Assembly: GCA_044342325.1 (NCBI GenBank)
Contig: JBIIPZ010000029.1
Span: 1-41,935, forward strand
DNA from: Terrimicrobiaceae bacterium
Lineage (GTDB): Bacteria > Verrucomicrobiota > Verrucomicrobiia > Chthoniobacterales > Terrimicrobiaceae
Direction of reading: 5' to 3'
DNA length: 41,935 nucleotides
How positions within the stretch are numbered: the stretch's first letter is position 1; every line of letters begins with the position of its first letter. Under the pieces are notes generated by a model, which saw only the letters and a program-made list of their open reading frames with translations, was not told the DNA's origin and made no database searches. The position numbers and the translations under genes are program-made. Below, in pieces: positions 1 to 9,438 of this stretch.

Positions 1-2
1 CC

Positions 3-434
3 GAGGGGCATCCGGGCATTAACCTCTCGGAGGAGAATGGCCAACTGGCTGGGGTGATCACCTCAGATGAGCAAGTGATGCATGAATTTGTCTCCTTTCT
101 GGAAACCGAGCGCCTCAAGCAGCCGGAGTTTTCTTACCAGAGGAATACGATCTACCTGCGGTTTGCCCATACCGACTACCACAAGGGCTCGGCGCTCGGG
201 GAGCTTTGCCGGATTCTGCAGATTTCCGCGAGCGATGTCCTCGCAGCCGGGGATCATTTTAATGACATCCCGATGCTCGATGGCCGCTATGCCGAGCATC
301 CCTGTTGTCCCTCGAATGCGATCCCCGAGGTGCGTGCGATTGTTGAAAAAGCCGGCGGCCATCTGGCCTCGAAACCAGCCGCCGAGGGTGTGGCCGAGTC
401 CTGGCATTTTTTCCAAGCGAACCGCCAGCCATGA
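3..434 (+). CDS. HAD-superfamily (Cof/IIB-type) hydrolase, 5' truncated by window edge
   Basis: Frame is open from position 3; C-terminal HAD motifs KGSAL and GDHFNDIPML; stop overlaps next start (ATGA). Confidence 0.8.
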   Translation, partial: EGHPGINLSEENGQLAGVITSDEQVMHEFVSFLETERLKQPEFSYQRNTIYLRFAHTDYHKGSALGELCRILQISASDVLAAGDHFNDIPMLDGRYAEHPCCPSNAIPEVRAIVEKAGGHLASKPAAEGVAESWHFFQANRQP

Positions 435-1798
435 ACGCCGCGCTTCTTCGGAAATTCCGCAAAAAACTCGGCGCTGACCGTGTGTTGGATGATGCCCCGG
501 CTGTCTATGCCTCCGACAAATGGTTCGCCAAGGGCACGCCGGCCGCAGTGGTTTTTCCTGCCAATACCGAGGAGACGGCATTCGTTCTCCGCGAGGCTTA
601 TCGTGCGGGCATACCGGTCACGCCACGCGGTGCCGGCTATGGGTATGTCGGCGGCTGCACCCCCGTGCAGGGCGGCATCGTGCTTTGCATGGATCGAATG
701 AACCGGATTGTTGAGATCAACACGCGCGATTTCGTGGCCGTGGTCGAGCCGGGCGTCATCACGGGAAAACTCCAGGAAGCCGCCCGCAAAAAAAATCTCT
801 TCTATCCACCTGACCCCGCCAGCCTCAAGAACTGCAGCATCGGCGGAAACATCGCCACCAATGCCGGGGGTCCGCGCTGCCTGAAATACGGCGTGACGCG
901 CAGCTACATCCTTGGTCTCACGGTCGTGTTGCCGGACGGCAAAGTAGTGACCTGCGGCGGTCGCACCCACAAAAACAAAACCGGCTTCGACTTGGTCGGA
1001 CTTTTCACCGGATCCGAGGGTCTTCTCGGCGTCGTCACACAAGCCACGCTACGCCTGCTGCCGCTCCCGCCAGCGCGTGCCGTGCTTTCGGCTGGGTTTG
1101 CATCCATCGAGGCGGCGTCCCGCGCGATCCAGGATGTCTTTGCGGCGGGTTTTCTCCCGGCGGCTTTGGAGGTCGCCGATGAATTCACCTTGAATGCCGC
1201 CCGAGCCTACAGCCCCTCGGCAAAATTCCCGCCCGGCAAGGCGCAGGTGATTATCGAAGTCGATGGTCAGTCGGCCAGCGTGCGCTCCGAGGCAGCGGAT
1301 CTCGAAAAACTTCTGAAAAAATCCGGCGCTGCTGGCATTCAAAAAGCCACCACGCCTGATGCCTGCGAAGCCCTCTGGGGCCTGCGACGCCTCTACTCGC
1401 AATCCCTCAAAGCCACCGGTCTTAAGAAACTCAACGAGGACATCGTTGTGCCGCGCGGGCGTTTGGTGGACCTCATGAAATTCGCCGCCCGACTCCAGAA
1501 GCAATACGGCTTCCCTCTCGCCTGCTTCGGTCATGCGGGGGATGGGAATATCCATGTGAACATCATGGTCGAGGACCCAGATGATCCAGCGGTTCAAAAA
1601 AAATCGGCCGCCGCGCTCGATGCGCTTTTCACCCAAGTTCTGGCCTGGCAGGGAGCGATCACGGGCGAGCACGGCATCGGCCTCGCCAAAAAACCCTGGT
1701 GGACGCAGGCCCTCTCCGAAGAAACGCGTGCCCTCCACCAAACGCTGAAAAAAGCCCTCGATCCGGCCGGCCTCCTGAATCCCGGGAAATTTGTGTAA
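431..1798 (+). CDS. FAD-linked oxidase, glycolate oxidase subunit GlcD / D-lactate dehydrogenase family
   Basis: PRGAG FAD-binding motif, PPDPAS, GGNIATNAGG, GSEGLLG, HAGDGNIH, GEHGIG, C-terminal LNPGK. Confidence 0.88.
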   Translation: MNAALLRKFRKKLGADRVLDDAPAVYASDKWFAKGTPAAVVFPANTEETAFVLREAYRAGIPVTPRGAGYGYVGGCTPVQGGIVLCMDRMNRIVEINTRDFVAVVEPGVITGKLQEAARKKNLFYPPDPASLKNCSIGGNIATNAGGPRCLKYGVTRSYILGLTVVLPDGKVVTCGGRTHKNKTGFDLVGLFTGSEGLLGVVTQATLRLLPLPPARAVLSAGFASIEAASRAIQDVFAAGFLPAALEVADEFTLNAARAYSPSAKFPPGKAQVIIEVDGQSASVRSEAADLEKLLKKSGAAGIQKATTPDACEALWGLRRLYSQSLKATGLKKLNEDIVVPRGRLVDLMKFAARLQKQYGFPLACFGHAGDGNIHVNIMVEDPDDPAVQKKSAAALDALFTQVLAWQGAITGEHGIGLAKKPWWTQALSEETRALHQTLKKALDPAGLLNPGKFV

Positions 1799-1829
1799 AG
1801 GCTGGCTTGCGTGAGGCCCCTTTGAGGGC

Positions 1830-2228
1830 TCAGGAGGCAACCTGGAGCTTCGCTGGCGGCGGCTGCATGATGATCTTCTGCGTTTGCTCTATCGCTTCTT
1901 GGCTATCCCGATTTTCTTGAAGCCAGCGGTCAAAGACCGTTACAGCTTCAACGCGTGACATGATGTCTTGGGAATTGAGCAAAAGAATGCGCTCTGTGAT
2001 ATCGCGGAAATCGACACGCACTTTGCCGTCCGTCAACAATTGAATGACAATATTCAGGCAGAGGCTGTTGGAATCACCGATCCGGATGAGATACTCGGAG
2101 ATTTTATCCGCAAGGCTGAGCGGTGGGCCTCCAGAGGTGTCCCACTCCTCGATCACATCCAGCCCATCAAATTTTCTAACTCCAACGCGAATGAAAATCT
2201 GGGAAGCTGACTTGATGGTTGTAGGCAT
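1830..2228 (-). CDS. Hypothetical protein (~132 aa)
   Basis: Longest ORF filling the gap, co-oriented downstream of the PPIase gene; ATG at 2228 (alternative TTG 2237); no recognisable motif. Confidence 0.5.
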   Translation of the reverse strand: MPTTIKSASQIFIRVGVRKFDGLDVIEEWDTSGGPPLSLADKISEYLIRIGDSNSLCLNIVIQLLTDGKVRVDFRDITERILLLNSQDIMSRVEAVTVFDRWLQENRDSQEAIEQTQKIIMQPPPAKLQVAS

Positions 2229-2273
2229 GATCTTCAAGAAAACAGGTTTCTTTTACCCCAAACGCAGAGCTCT

Positions 2274-3266
2274 TTAAGTCAGGATTTTGATGTAGGCTTT
2301 TTGGCGCAGCGTATCGAGCCAGCGTTGTTGAACTTTCATGCGTTCCTGCTGCATGAGATTGCGCTCGATTTCCTCGCGCACTTCGCCAAGTGGTTTGACT
2401 GAAGAATTTTTGCGGGCTTCTACATAGAGAATGTAGTAGGAGTCGCCTATGTGGATGACCGGGCTGATGCCTCCGGCTTTCAGGGAGAATGCGGTTTTAG
2501 TGAGTTGTTCGTTCAGTGTATTTCGCTCGATCCACCCCCAGTCGCCGCCGGTGTCGCTTGTGCTTTCGTCCTCGGAATACATCTGGGCCATGCGCTCGAA
2601 TTCCGCGCCGCCAACGAGTTTCTGGCGAATTTCCTCGGCTGTCTGCTTCTTGTCGCCACCTGAGCCGATGTCGTCTTCATTGCCCTCGCGAAGAACGATC
2701 ATGCGGAGTTTGACCTGTTCTGGCAGGGAATAGGCTGAGCGGTTTTTATCGTAGAAATCCTGAACTTGCTTGGGAGAGACAACAAAGTTGTCTGTGACCT
2801 TGGCCTGACGCATTGCTTGCACGATGATCTTTTCTTTTTCGATCTCTTTGAAGCGAGTGAGCGTGTAGCCTTGGGCTTGTAGGGTTCTGACGAAGGCCGC
2901 TCGGTCGCCGCCGAATTCCTCGCGGATGATTGTCTGCACGCGATCGTCCACGACATAATCGGGGATGTTCGCTCCCTTTTCCTGCATTTTGCGGAACTCC
3001 TGCAAGATGAGTTGGCGGTCGACGAGGTCCTTGAGGGCAGCGAGTCTCATTTCCTTGACTTTGTCGGCAAGGTCAGGACCACGGTAAGACTCGCGCATGG
3101 CGCGCTCACGGGCGCCGATGAGCTCACGCACTTGTGAAATCGTGATCACATCATTGTTCACGATGGCAGCCACTCCGTCGATGACCTCGGCCTGTTGGCA
3201 GCGAGCGGTAGGCATGGATAGGACAGCAGCCAGGCAGGTTGCAAAAATTGCGAAAAATCGTCTCAT
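2274..3266 (-). CDS. SurA/PrsA-like parvulin peptidyl-prolyl isomerase
   Basis: Signal peptide, VAAIVNNDVIT SurA N-domain, parvulin FERMAQMYSED...GGDWGW; follows mfd with ATGA overlap. Confidence 0.88.
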   Translation of the reverse strand: MRRFFAIFATCLAAVLSMPTARCQQAEVIDGVAAIVNNDVITISQVRELIGARERAMRESYRGPDLADKVKEMRLAALKDLVDRQLILQEFRKMQEKGANIPDYVVDDRVQTIIREEFGGDRAAFVRTLQAQGYTLTRFKEIEKEKIIVQAMRQAKVTDNFVVSPKQVQDFYDKNRSAYSLPEQVKLRMIVLREGNEDDIGSGGDKKQTAEEIRQKLVGGAEFERMAQMYSEDESTSDTGGDWGWIERNTLNEQLTKTAFSLKAGGISPVIHIGDSYYILYVEARKNSSVKPLGEVREEIERNLMQQERMKVQQRWLDTLRQKAYIKILT

Positions 3267-6200
3267 CGGCTCTGCATCGTTTCGAGGAAGCTCAACACGC
3301 CGCGAAGCTTAAAATCGGGGTCGGGAACCGTCAAGCGGGGAAACCGCCCGCCGATCAATACATAGCTGCCGCCACGGGTGAGCATGAGCTTTTCATCCTT
3401 CACCTCGACCTGGCTGATACGCCGCTGCGAGGCTTCGATGCGGATCGCCGCGCAGAGCAGGGCATTCTCTAGCGCGTCTGGGAGAGGGCCGAATCGATCG
3501 CGCCATGCCACGCGCAGGGCATCCGTCTCGGCGCGTGTGCCAACCTCTGCCAAGCGCCGGTAGGCTTCGATCCTTAATTTCGGCTCGCCCATATAGCCGT
3601 TTGGAACAAAAGAAGGAATACCGCCGGACTTGATGAATTCGCCCTCCTCCGTGACCAGGAAATCAAATCGCAATGCGGTGGTGGCCCCGAAGGATTTCTG
3701 GCCCTTTACGGAATCCACTGCGCGGCGGAGCATCTTGCAGTAGAGATCGAAGCCGACGGAAATGATGTGCCCGCTCTGCTCGGTGCCGAGGAGATTACCC
3801 GCACCACGAATCTCCAGATCGCGCATGGCGATTTTAAAACCCGAGCCCAGTTCCGAGTATTGCTTGATTGCTGAAACCCGCTTGCGAGCGGCGCCAACGG
3901 ACATCAATTCGCGTGGCAGGAGCAGGTAGGCGTAGGCTTTTGTTCCGGAGCGCCCGACGCGTCCTCGCAGCTGATACAGGTCCGCGAGGCCGAAGCGGTC
4001 GGCGCGGTCTATGATAATGGTGTTCGCATTGGGAATATCCAACCCGCTCTCGATGATGGTCGTCGAAACCAGAATATCTGCCTTGCCGGCCACGAAGCTC
4101 TGCATGACGCCTTCGAGTTCCTTTTCCTCCATCTGCCCATGGCCGACGATGACGCGGGCGCCCTCGCAGAGTTCGCGAATCCTCGCCGCGACGCGTTCGA
4201 TCGTTTGAACCCGGTTGTGCAAAAAATAAATCTGCCCGCCGCGTGCGAGTTCGCGATTGATGGCGTCGCGGATGACGCGCTCGTCGTAACCGCAGACGAT
4301 AGTTTCGACCGGTTGGCGATTCGGCGGCGGGGTTTCGATCACGGACATGTCCCTCGCGCCCATGAGCGAGAGGTAGAGCGTTCGCGGAATCGGAGTCGCG
4401 GAGAGCGTGAGCACATCTACGAGGCGGAACTTTTCCTTCAGCGCATCCTTGTGCTTCACGCCAAAGCGCTGCTCCTCATCGACAACGACGAGGCCGAGAT
4501 CCTTGAAAATGACATCCTGCGAAATGACGCGGTGCGTTCCGACTACGATATCAACACTTCCTTCACCGAGCGCTTTGATGACCTTCTTCTGCTCCGCTGC
4601 GGAGCGGTAGCGACTGAGGAGTTCGATCGTGACCGGATACTCGCTCATACGCTCACGGAAATTCTGCCAGTGCTGCTGAGCCAGAACAGTCGTAGGGGCG
4701 ATGATCACCGCCTGTTTGCCGCTCGTCACCGCTTTGAAGGCAGCTCGGATGGCGACTTCAGTTTTCCCAAAGCCTACATCGCCGCAAATCAAGCGATCCA
4801 TCGCGCGCGTCGACTCCATGTCCGTCTTGGCATCCCCGATCGCCTTGAGCTGATCCGGCGTTTCAGTGAAATGAAACGAACGCTCGAACTCCTGCTGCCA
4901 GTGTGAGTCCGGCGGGAACGGGTGGCCCTCCGCCGTCTCGCGCTCCGCCTGCACCTTGAGCATGCGTGCGGCGTATTGGTAGATGCCTTGAGTGGCTTTT
5001 TCCTTCGCTTTTTTCCATCGCGCGCCGCCGAGCTCGGACAGCTCGGGATATTTGCGGCCGAGCCCCACATAGCGCGCAACCTGCCAGGCCTGATCCAGCG
5101 GCACATAGAGCCGGGCGCTGTTGGCGAATTCCAACACCAGCACCTCGCCTTCGCCGTCGGGCGATTTTTCGAGTCCCTCGTAGCGGCCGATTCCATGGTC
5201 GAGATGCACCACTAGGTCGCCCGCCTCGAATTCCGAAAAATCCATAACCGCCCGGCCCGCACGAACCCGCTCGCGCCGCAAAGCCGCCCGGTGCGCGCGC
5301 TGGCTCGCCGAGCGGCCAAGCACCTCGGACTCTGCAAGGAGCGCCAACTTCGCCTGCGGGCACACGAATCCCCGAGTCGCGCGCGAGGTTAGAAAGACCA
5401 GTTTCGAAGTGTCGAAATCGAAGTCCGACGCCATCTCGCGAAAACGCTCGCCCTCGCCTTCGTTCACACACGCGAAAGCAATCGTCCAACGGTCGGCTGC
5501 CCAGCTGTGGAGCTGGTTAAAAAAACGGTCGCGCTTGGTTTCATTCAACACCAGATCGCCAGCTCCGAGATCGCCGAAGGGTGGGGGATAAAACACCGCA
5601 GCGGCCTTCGTCGCCTCACCGCCGCTTCCGATGCCGAGGCCTTCGAACTCCTCATCCGGCTCGATCGTGATGACGCGATCCTTTGCTCCCAGATAATCGC
5701 GCAGGGTCCCCTCGGAGGCGTCTGTGCGTCCGATGTAGATTTCCGTTAGAGCCACCTCCCCGACCGAGCCTTGGGTATCGAGATCGAATTCGCGGAGGGA
5801 ATCGATTTCCAGATCGAACCACTCCAGCCTCACCGGACACTGCTGCTGCCAGGAAAAGACATCCAGAATTCCTCCCCGTTGGGCATATTGTCCGCGGGCC
5901 GCCACTTGCGGCGCAGAGATATAGCCTGATGCTTCCAGGCGCGAGATCACCTCCTCCAGTGGGATGCTCTGCCCTTTCTCCAGAATGAAAATCTCGCGTT
6001 TCACCGAGCCGAGCGCTGGCGTGGCGGAGTCCCATTGCCCAGCATGAATCACCACCACCTCATCGCCGCCGCTGCGGGCAAGCGTTCGCAGTAAATCTAA
6101 ACGCTCGGACTCGGTTTCTGAATCAGGCAGCGCCTCGGCATTCGGGATTTCCAAATCGGGAAAAAGCCTCACCCGTCCGCACCATGCCGCAAGCTCGGCG

Positions 6201-6403
6201 GCGAATTCCTCCTGGCTTTTCACATCGCGGCACACGACCCACACGCGCCCCTTCATTTTTCCAACGAGCAACGCCGCAACGAACGGTTGCGCGGCCTCGG
6301 CGATTTCAGGAATGATCGACTCCTGTTTGGCCTTCAGAAGTTTCGCAACCGAGGCATCCGATTCCGCCTGTTTTAAAAAGGACTCAAGCGGCGAAAATGT
6401 CAT
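3263..6403 (-). CDS. mfd: Transcription-repair coupling factor Mfd
   Basis: UvrB-like RGGILDVF, RID VVHLDHGIGRY, GDVGFGKT, DEEQRFG, TLSATPIPRT, QLRGRVGR, RDLEIRGAGNLLG; start taken at ATG 6403. Confidence 0.97.
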   Translation of the reverse strand: MTFSPLESFLKQAESDASVAKLLKAKQESIIPEIAEAAQPFVAALLVGKMKGRVWVVCRDVKSQEEFAAELAAWCGRVRLFPDLEIPNAEALPDSETESERLDLLRTLARSGGDEVVVIHAGQWDSATPALGSVKREIFILEKGQSIPLEEVISRLEASGYISAPQVAARGQYAQRGGILDVFSWQQQCPVRLEWFDLEIDSLREFDLDTQGSVGEVALTEIYIGRTDASEGTLRDYLGAKDRVITIEPDEEFEGLGIGSGGEATKAAAVFYPPPFGDLGAGDLVLNETKRDRFFNQLHSWAADRWTIAFACVNEGEGERFREMASDFDFDTSKLVFLTSRATRGFVCPQAKLALLAESEVLGRSASQRAHRAALRRERVRAGRAVMDFSEFEAGDLVVHLDHGIGRYEGLEKSPDGEGEVLVLEFANSARLYVPLDQAWQVARYVGLGRKYPELSELGGARWKKAKEKATQGIYQYAARMLKVQAERETAEGHPFPPDSHWQQEFERSFHFTETPDQLKAIGDAKTDMESTRAMDRLICGDVGFGKTEVAIRAAFKAVTSGKQAVIIAPTTVLAQQHWQNFRERMSEYPVTIELLSRYRSAAEQKKVIKALGEGSVDIVVGTHRVISQDVIFKDLGLVVVDEEQRFGVKHKDALKEKFRLVDVLTLSATPIPRTLYLSLMGARDMSVIETPPPNRQPVETIVCGYDERVIRDAINRELARGGQIYFLHNRVQTIERVAARIRELCEGARVIVGHGQMEEKELEGVMQSFVAGKADILVSTTIIESGLDIPNANTIIIDRADRFGLADLYQLRGRVGRSGTKAYAYLLLPRELMSVGAARKRVSAIKQYSELGSGFKIAMRDLEIRGAGNLLGTEQSGHIISVGFDLYCKMLRRAVDSVKGQKSFGATTALRFDFLVTEEGEFIKSGGIPSFVPNGYMGEPKLRIEAYRRLAEVGTRAETDALRVAWRDRFGPLPDALENALLCAAIRIEASQRRISQVEVKDEKLMLTRGGSYVLIGGRFPRLTVPDPDFKLRGVLSFLETMQSR

Positions 6404-7151
6404 CGAAGTATTTCTGCTGAATGCCGGCAGCCTCATCGGGCAGAGGACGGCCATCCAGTTCCCGCACCGAGCGAATTCCGATGCGGCTGTTTGTGAGGAA
6501 TGCGGCGCTGCACCGCGCCACATCCCGGATCTCTAAAATCCCTTCGTCCGCGATGAAGTGGCTCAGCACCCATGAGCGCACAGCTCCGTCTCGCGCTCCG
6601 GTTTCCAGCGCCGGAGTGACCCATTTCCCATCGATTTGCAGGAAGACATTCGCCATGGCAGCTCCGACGAGCATGCCTGCCGGATTGAACAGCAACGCCT
6701 CGTCGCAAGCAGTGCGCTTGGCTTGCCCCAGAGCTTCGATGTTTTGCCAGTAGTTGCCGGATTTCCACCCTCCCGGTCTCGGCAAATACGGTGCGGCGCA
6801 GGAGATCACTCGCAATGCCGATAAATTCCATCCCACCTCCGCTTGATCAAAAAGCGCATAGACATTTCCCTCGAAGGCATCGCCCGGCGCACCCGGTCCC
6901 GCCGTTACATAGAAACGCAAAAGCCCCGTCCAAAGCCTCGAAAACTCAAGCTCCGGCAGTGGTGGCAAATCCAGCCCGCAAGTCCCGGCAGCCCGCCGCA
7001 AACGCTCCAAATGCTCCCCCAAAAGCAATGGCCGCCCAGCCGCGACCGTGATCGTTTCGAATACGCTCATCCCATAGCGAAATCCTCGGTCCGCCAGTGG
7101 CAAGGAATCCTCCGGTTTCCAAACGCTCCCGCTTTGTTTCCAGGTCAACAT
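6384..7151 (-). CDS. PLP-dependent class IV aminotransferase (PabC/IlvE/D-amino-acid aminotransferase-like)
   Basis: DRGFRYGMSVFETI, HLERL, WKSGNY, DEALLFN, AFLTNS. Confidence 0.85.
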   Translation of the reverse strand: MLTWKQSGSVWKPEDSLPLADRGFRYGMSVFETITVAAGRPLLLGEHLERLRRAAGTCGLDLPPLPELEFSRLWTGLLRFYVTAGPGAPGDAFEGNVYALFDQAEVGWNLSALRVISCAAPYLPRPGGWKSGNYWQNIEALGQAKRTACDEALLFNPAGMLVGAAMANVFLQIDGKWVTPALETGARDGAVRSWVLSHFIADEGILEIRDVARCSAAFLTNSRIGIRSVRELDGRPLPDEAAGIQQKYFDDIFAA

Positions 7152-7163
7152 TCGCGGTGCAAA

Positions 7164-7571
7164 TTACAGAAATGGATTCACCACGCGAACAGGGCCGTAG
7201 GTTTGACCATGATTGAGATCTTCGGTATAGAGCGTGTCACAACCGAGTTCCTGCGCGGCAGCAATGATTGCCGCGTCCCAGTAGGAAATCCCATGAAGGT
7301 TATGAATCTCAAGAGCCGCAAAAATGATGCTCGGAGAGGGTTGCAAACAGGGAAATTCCAGCATGCGGAGCGCCGAGCGGGCAAGCGCCCCGGAGTCTCT
7401 TCCAATATGCTTTTTTCTGAGACAAGTGTGGATGAATTCCTGAACCACTTGCAACGAGAGGTGGACTGCGGATTCCGAAAGCAATGCGATGGCAATCTCA
7501 CGCTTCCGTTGATCGCTCGGCGCCTTGGAAACCGAGTAGACAAAAATATTCGTGTCGAAAAATGCATTCAT
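7164..7571 (-). CDS. PIN-domain (VapC-like) toxin
   Basis: FFDTNIFVY, QEF, SYWDAAI, LYTEDL acidic PIN residues; ATGA overlap with upstream antitoxin. Confidence 0.9.
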   Translation of the reverse strand: MNAFFDTNIFVYSVSKAPSDQRKREIAIALLSESAVHLSLQVVQEFIHTCLRKKHIGRDSGALARSALRMLEFPCLQPSPSIIFAALEIHNLHGISYWDAAIIAAAQELGCDTLYTEDLNHGQTYGPVRVVNPFL

Positions 7572-7828
7572 TCCGGCCGACCAATCTGCCGGTCGTAAAT
7601 CTCATCGCGATTGAATTTGCCAATTGGCTCGGTGATCGACACGCTGGACAGCGCATCAAGTAGCCTCGCAGAGCGTTCTTTGCGCTCGGCTTCAGAGTTG
7701 GGAGTGTCGTTTCGCGTTGCGTATTCAAGACCACTGACGACCAGGGCTTTGATTGTTGTTTTTCGTTTGGCGGCAGTGATTTTCGCGCGATGTAGCAACT
7801 CGTCGGGAAGATCTATGGTCGTCTTCAT
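7568..7828 (-). CDS. RHH-type (VapB-like) antitoxin
   Basis: MKTTIDLPDELLHRAK ribbon-helix-helix start; 86 aa directly upstream of PIN toxin. Confidence 0.85.
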   Translation of the reverse strand: MKTTIDLPDELLHRAKITAAKRKTTIKALVVSGLEYATRNDTPNSEAERKERSARLLDALSSVSITEPIGKFNRDEIYDRQIGRPE

Positions 7829-7835
7829 GGAAGCA

Positions 7836-7864
7836 TGGATACAGGTATATGCGCGGGATGTCAA
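7836..7864 (-). promoter_or_regulatory. Sigma70-type promoter of TA operon 1, likely leaderless
   Basis: Minus strand TTGACA - 17 bp - TATCCA, 7 nt before ATG 7828. Confidence 0.6.
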
Positions 7865-7902
7865 AGTTGGCGGCCCACTGAAATCAGTGCCCCCCAATGC
7901 AT

Positions 7903-9333
7903 TCACTCCTCCTCTTCCTCAACCGCGCTGTTGCGGTCGAGGCGTTTTCGGAGCGTGGCGCGGGTGATGCCGAGCATCTTGGCTGCGCGGACTTGGTTGT
8001 CGCCGGTTTTTTGCATGGCGCGGAGGGTGAACTCCCGCTCGATCCAAGGCAGGAGTGGCAGGGACGAATCTTCGGCAGCGGCTTGGAAGAGAACTTCCAC
8101 GGCGCGGTCCTTCGGCATGAGATCGAGCGAAGTGTCATCGCGTTTCGTCGCCTCGGGCGAGGCTACGCCAAGCGGGATGTCCTTTGGCAGAAGGATGTCG
8201 GCGGTGGATAGCACGGAAGCGCGTTGGAGCGTGTTCTCGAGTTCGCGCACATTTCCGGGCCAAGGATACGACTCGAGCACGCGCACGGCCTCCTCCGTAA
8301 GCTTGAGCGGGGGCGTGTGGGTGCGATTGGCGATTTTTTGAAGGAAATATTCCGCCAGCAAACGGATGTCATCGACGCGCTGGCGGAGCGGCGGAATGTG
8401 GATTCGAACGACATTGAGCCGGTAGAAAAGATCCTCGCGGAAGGTGCGCTTGGCCACCTCCTCTTCGAGGTTGCGGTTTGTCGCGCAGACGATGCGGACA
8501 TCCGTATGCAGAGTCTCGTTGCCGCCGACGCGGGAGAAGGTTCCCTCTTGGAGAACACGGAGGATTTTGCTCTGCACTTGCAGGGGCATTTCACCGATCT
8601 CGTCCAAAAAAAGCGTGCCCTTGTTGCATTGTTCGAAGCGCCCGACCCGCTGTGTCGCCGCGCCAGTGAACGCGCCTTTCTCGTGACCGAAGAGTTCGCT
8701 CTCAAGGAGGTTTTCCGGGATGGCGGCGCAATTGATCGCGAGGAAGCTGCGGTTGCTGCGGGCGCTGTAGTTGTGAATCGCACAAGCAACGAGCTCCTTG
8801 CCCGCGCCGCTCTCGCCAGTGACCATCACAGCGGCATCGCTGCCGGCCACGCGGCCCACCATTTTGAAAACCTGCTGCATGGCCTCGGAGCGGCCGACAA
8901 TTTCATCCCGGTGCTGCTCGACGGTGAGCTGCGGTTTGAAGGCGTTTGCCGAGCGCAGTTCTGCTGCTGCTAGGAGTGCGGCATCGGCCACGACCTTCAG
9001 ATTGAAGGGGAGTTGTTCCTTCCGCACGAAATCAAAGGCCCCCATTTTCATCGCCTCGATTACCGATTGGGTCGTGCCGAACGCACTTGTGAGGATGACC
9101 ATGGCATTCGGCGAGTGCTTGCGGATTTTCGCGAGAAGCTCCATGCCGGTGAAGGGATGCAGATTCATCTCGGCGAGCACGAGTTCGGGCTCTTCAAGAC
9201 AAAAGGTCTTGTAGCCCGCATCGGAGGATTCCTCCGTAAGAACGCGTGCGGTTTTGCTTTGGAGTTGGTGTTTCGCCCAATCCAAAAAGTCGGTGTCCCT
9301 ATCCACCAAAAGAATCGTCTGCTGCTTTGCCAT
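7903..9333 (-). CDS. Sigma54-dependent NtrC/AtoC-family activator (atypical REC - AAA+ - Fis HTH)
   Basis: GESGAGKE, GAFTGA, LFLDEIGE, FREDLFYRLNV, WPGNVRELEN, NQVRAAKMLGITRATL; start ATG 9333. Confidence 0.93.
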   Translation of the reverse strand: MAKQQTILLVDRDTDFLDWAKHQLQSKTARVLTEESSDAGYKTFCLEEPELVLAEMNLHPFTGMELLAKIRKHSPNAMVILTSAFGTTQSVIEAMKMGAFDFVRKEQLPFNLKVVADAALLAAAELRSANAFKPQLTVEQHRDEIVGRSEAMQQVFKMVGRVAGSDAAVMVTGESGAGKELVACAIHNYSARSNRSFLAINCAAIPENLLESELFGHEKGAFTGAATQRVGRFEQCNKGTLFLDEIGEMPLQVQSKILRVLQEGTFSRVGGNETLHTDVRIVCATNRNLEEEVAKRTFREDLFYRLNVVRIHIPPLRQRVDDIRLLAEYFLQKIANRTHTPPLKLTEEAVRVLESYPWPGNVRELENTLQRASVLSTADILLPKDIPLGVASPEATKRDDTSLDLMPKDRAVEVLFQAAAEDSSLPLLPWIEREFTLRAMQKTGDNQVRAAKMLGITRATLRKRLDRNSAVEEEEE

Positions 9334-9438
9334 TGCCCTTGTGTCTTTTAATTCAACATCAGCTCCCCCGCGTGCGAAAGCGATTTTTTGACATCGCGTC
9401 CTTGATTGCATGCCCGCTCCCGCTTTTGATGGAAGTCC

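Noticed and set aside
6404..6523. 40-aa upstream extension of mfd
   Set aside because: Overlaps the aminotransferase deeply; ATG 6403 gives a normal short overlap.
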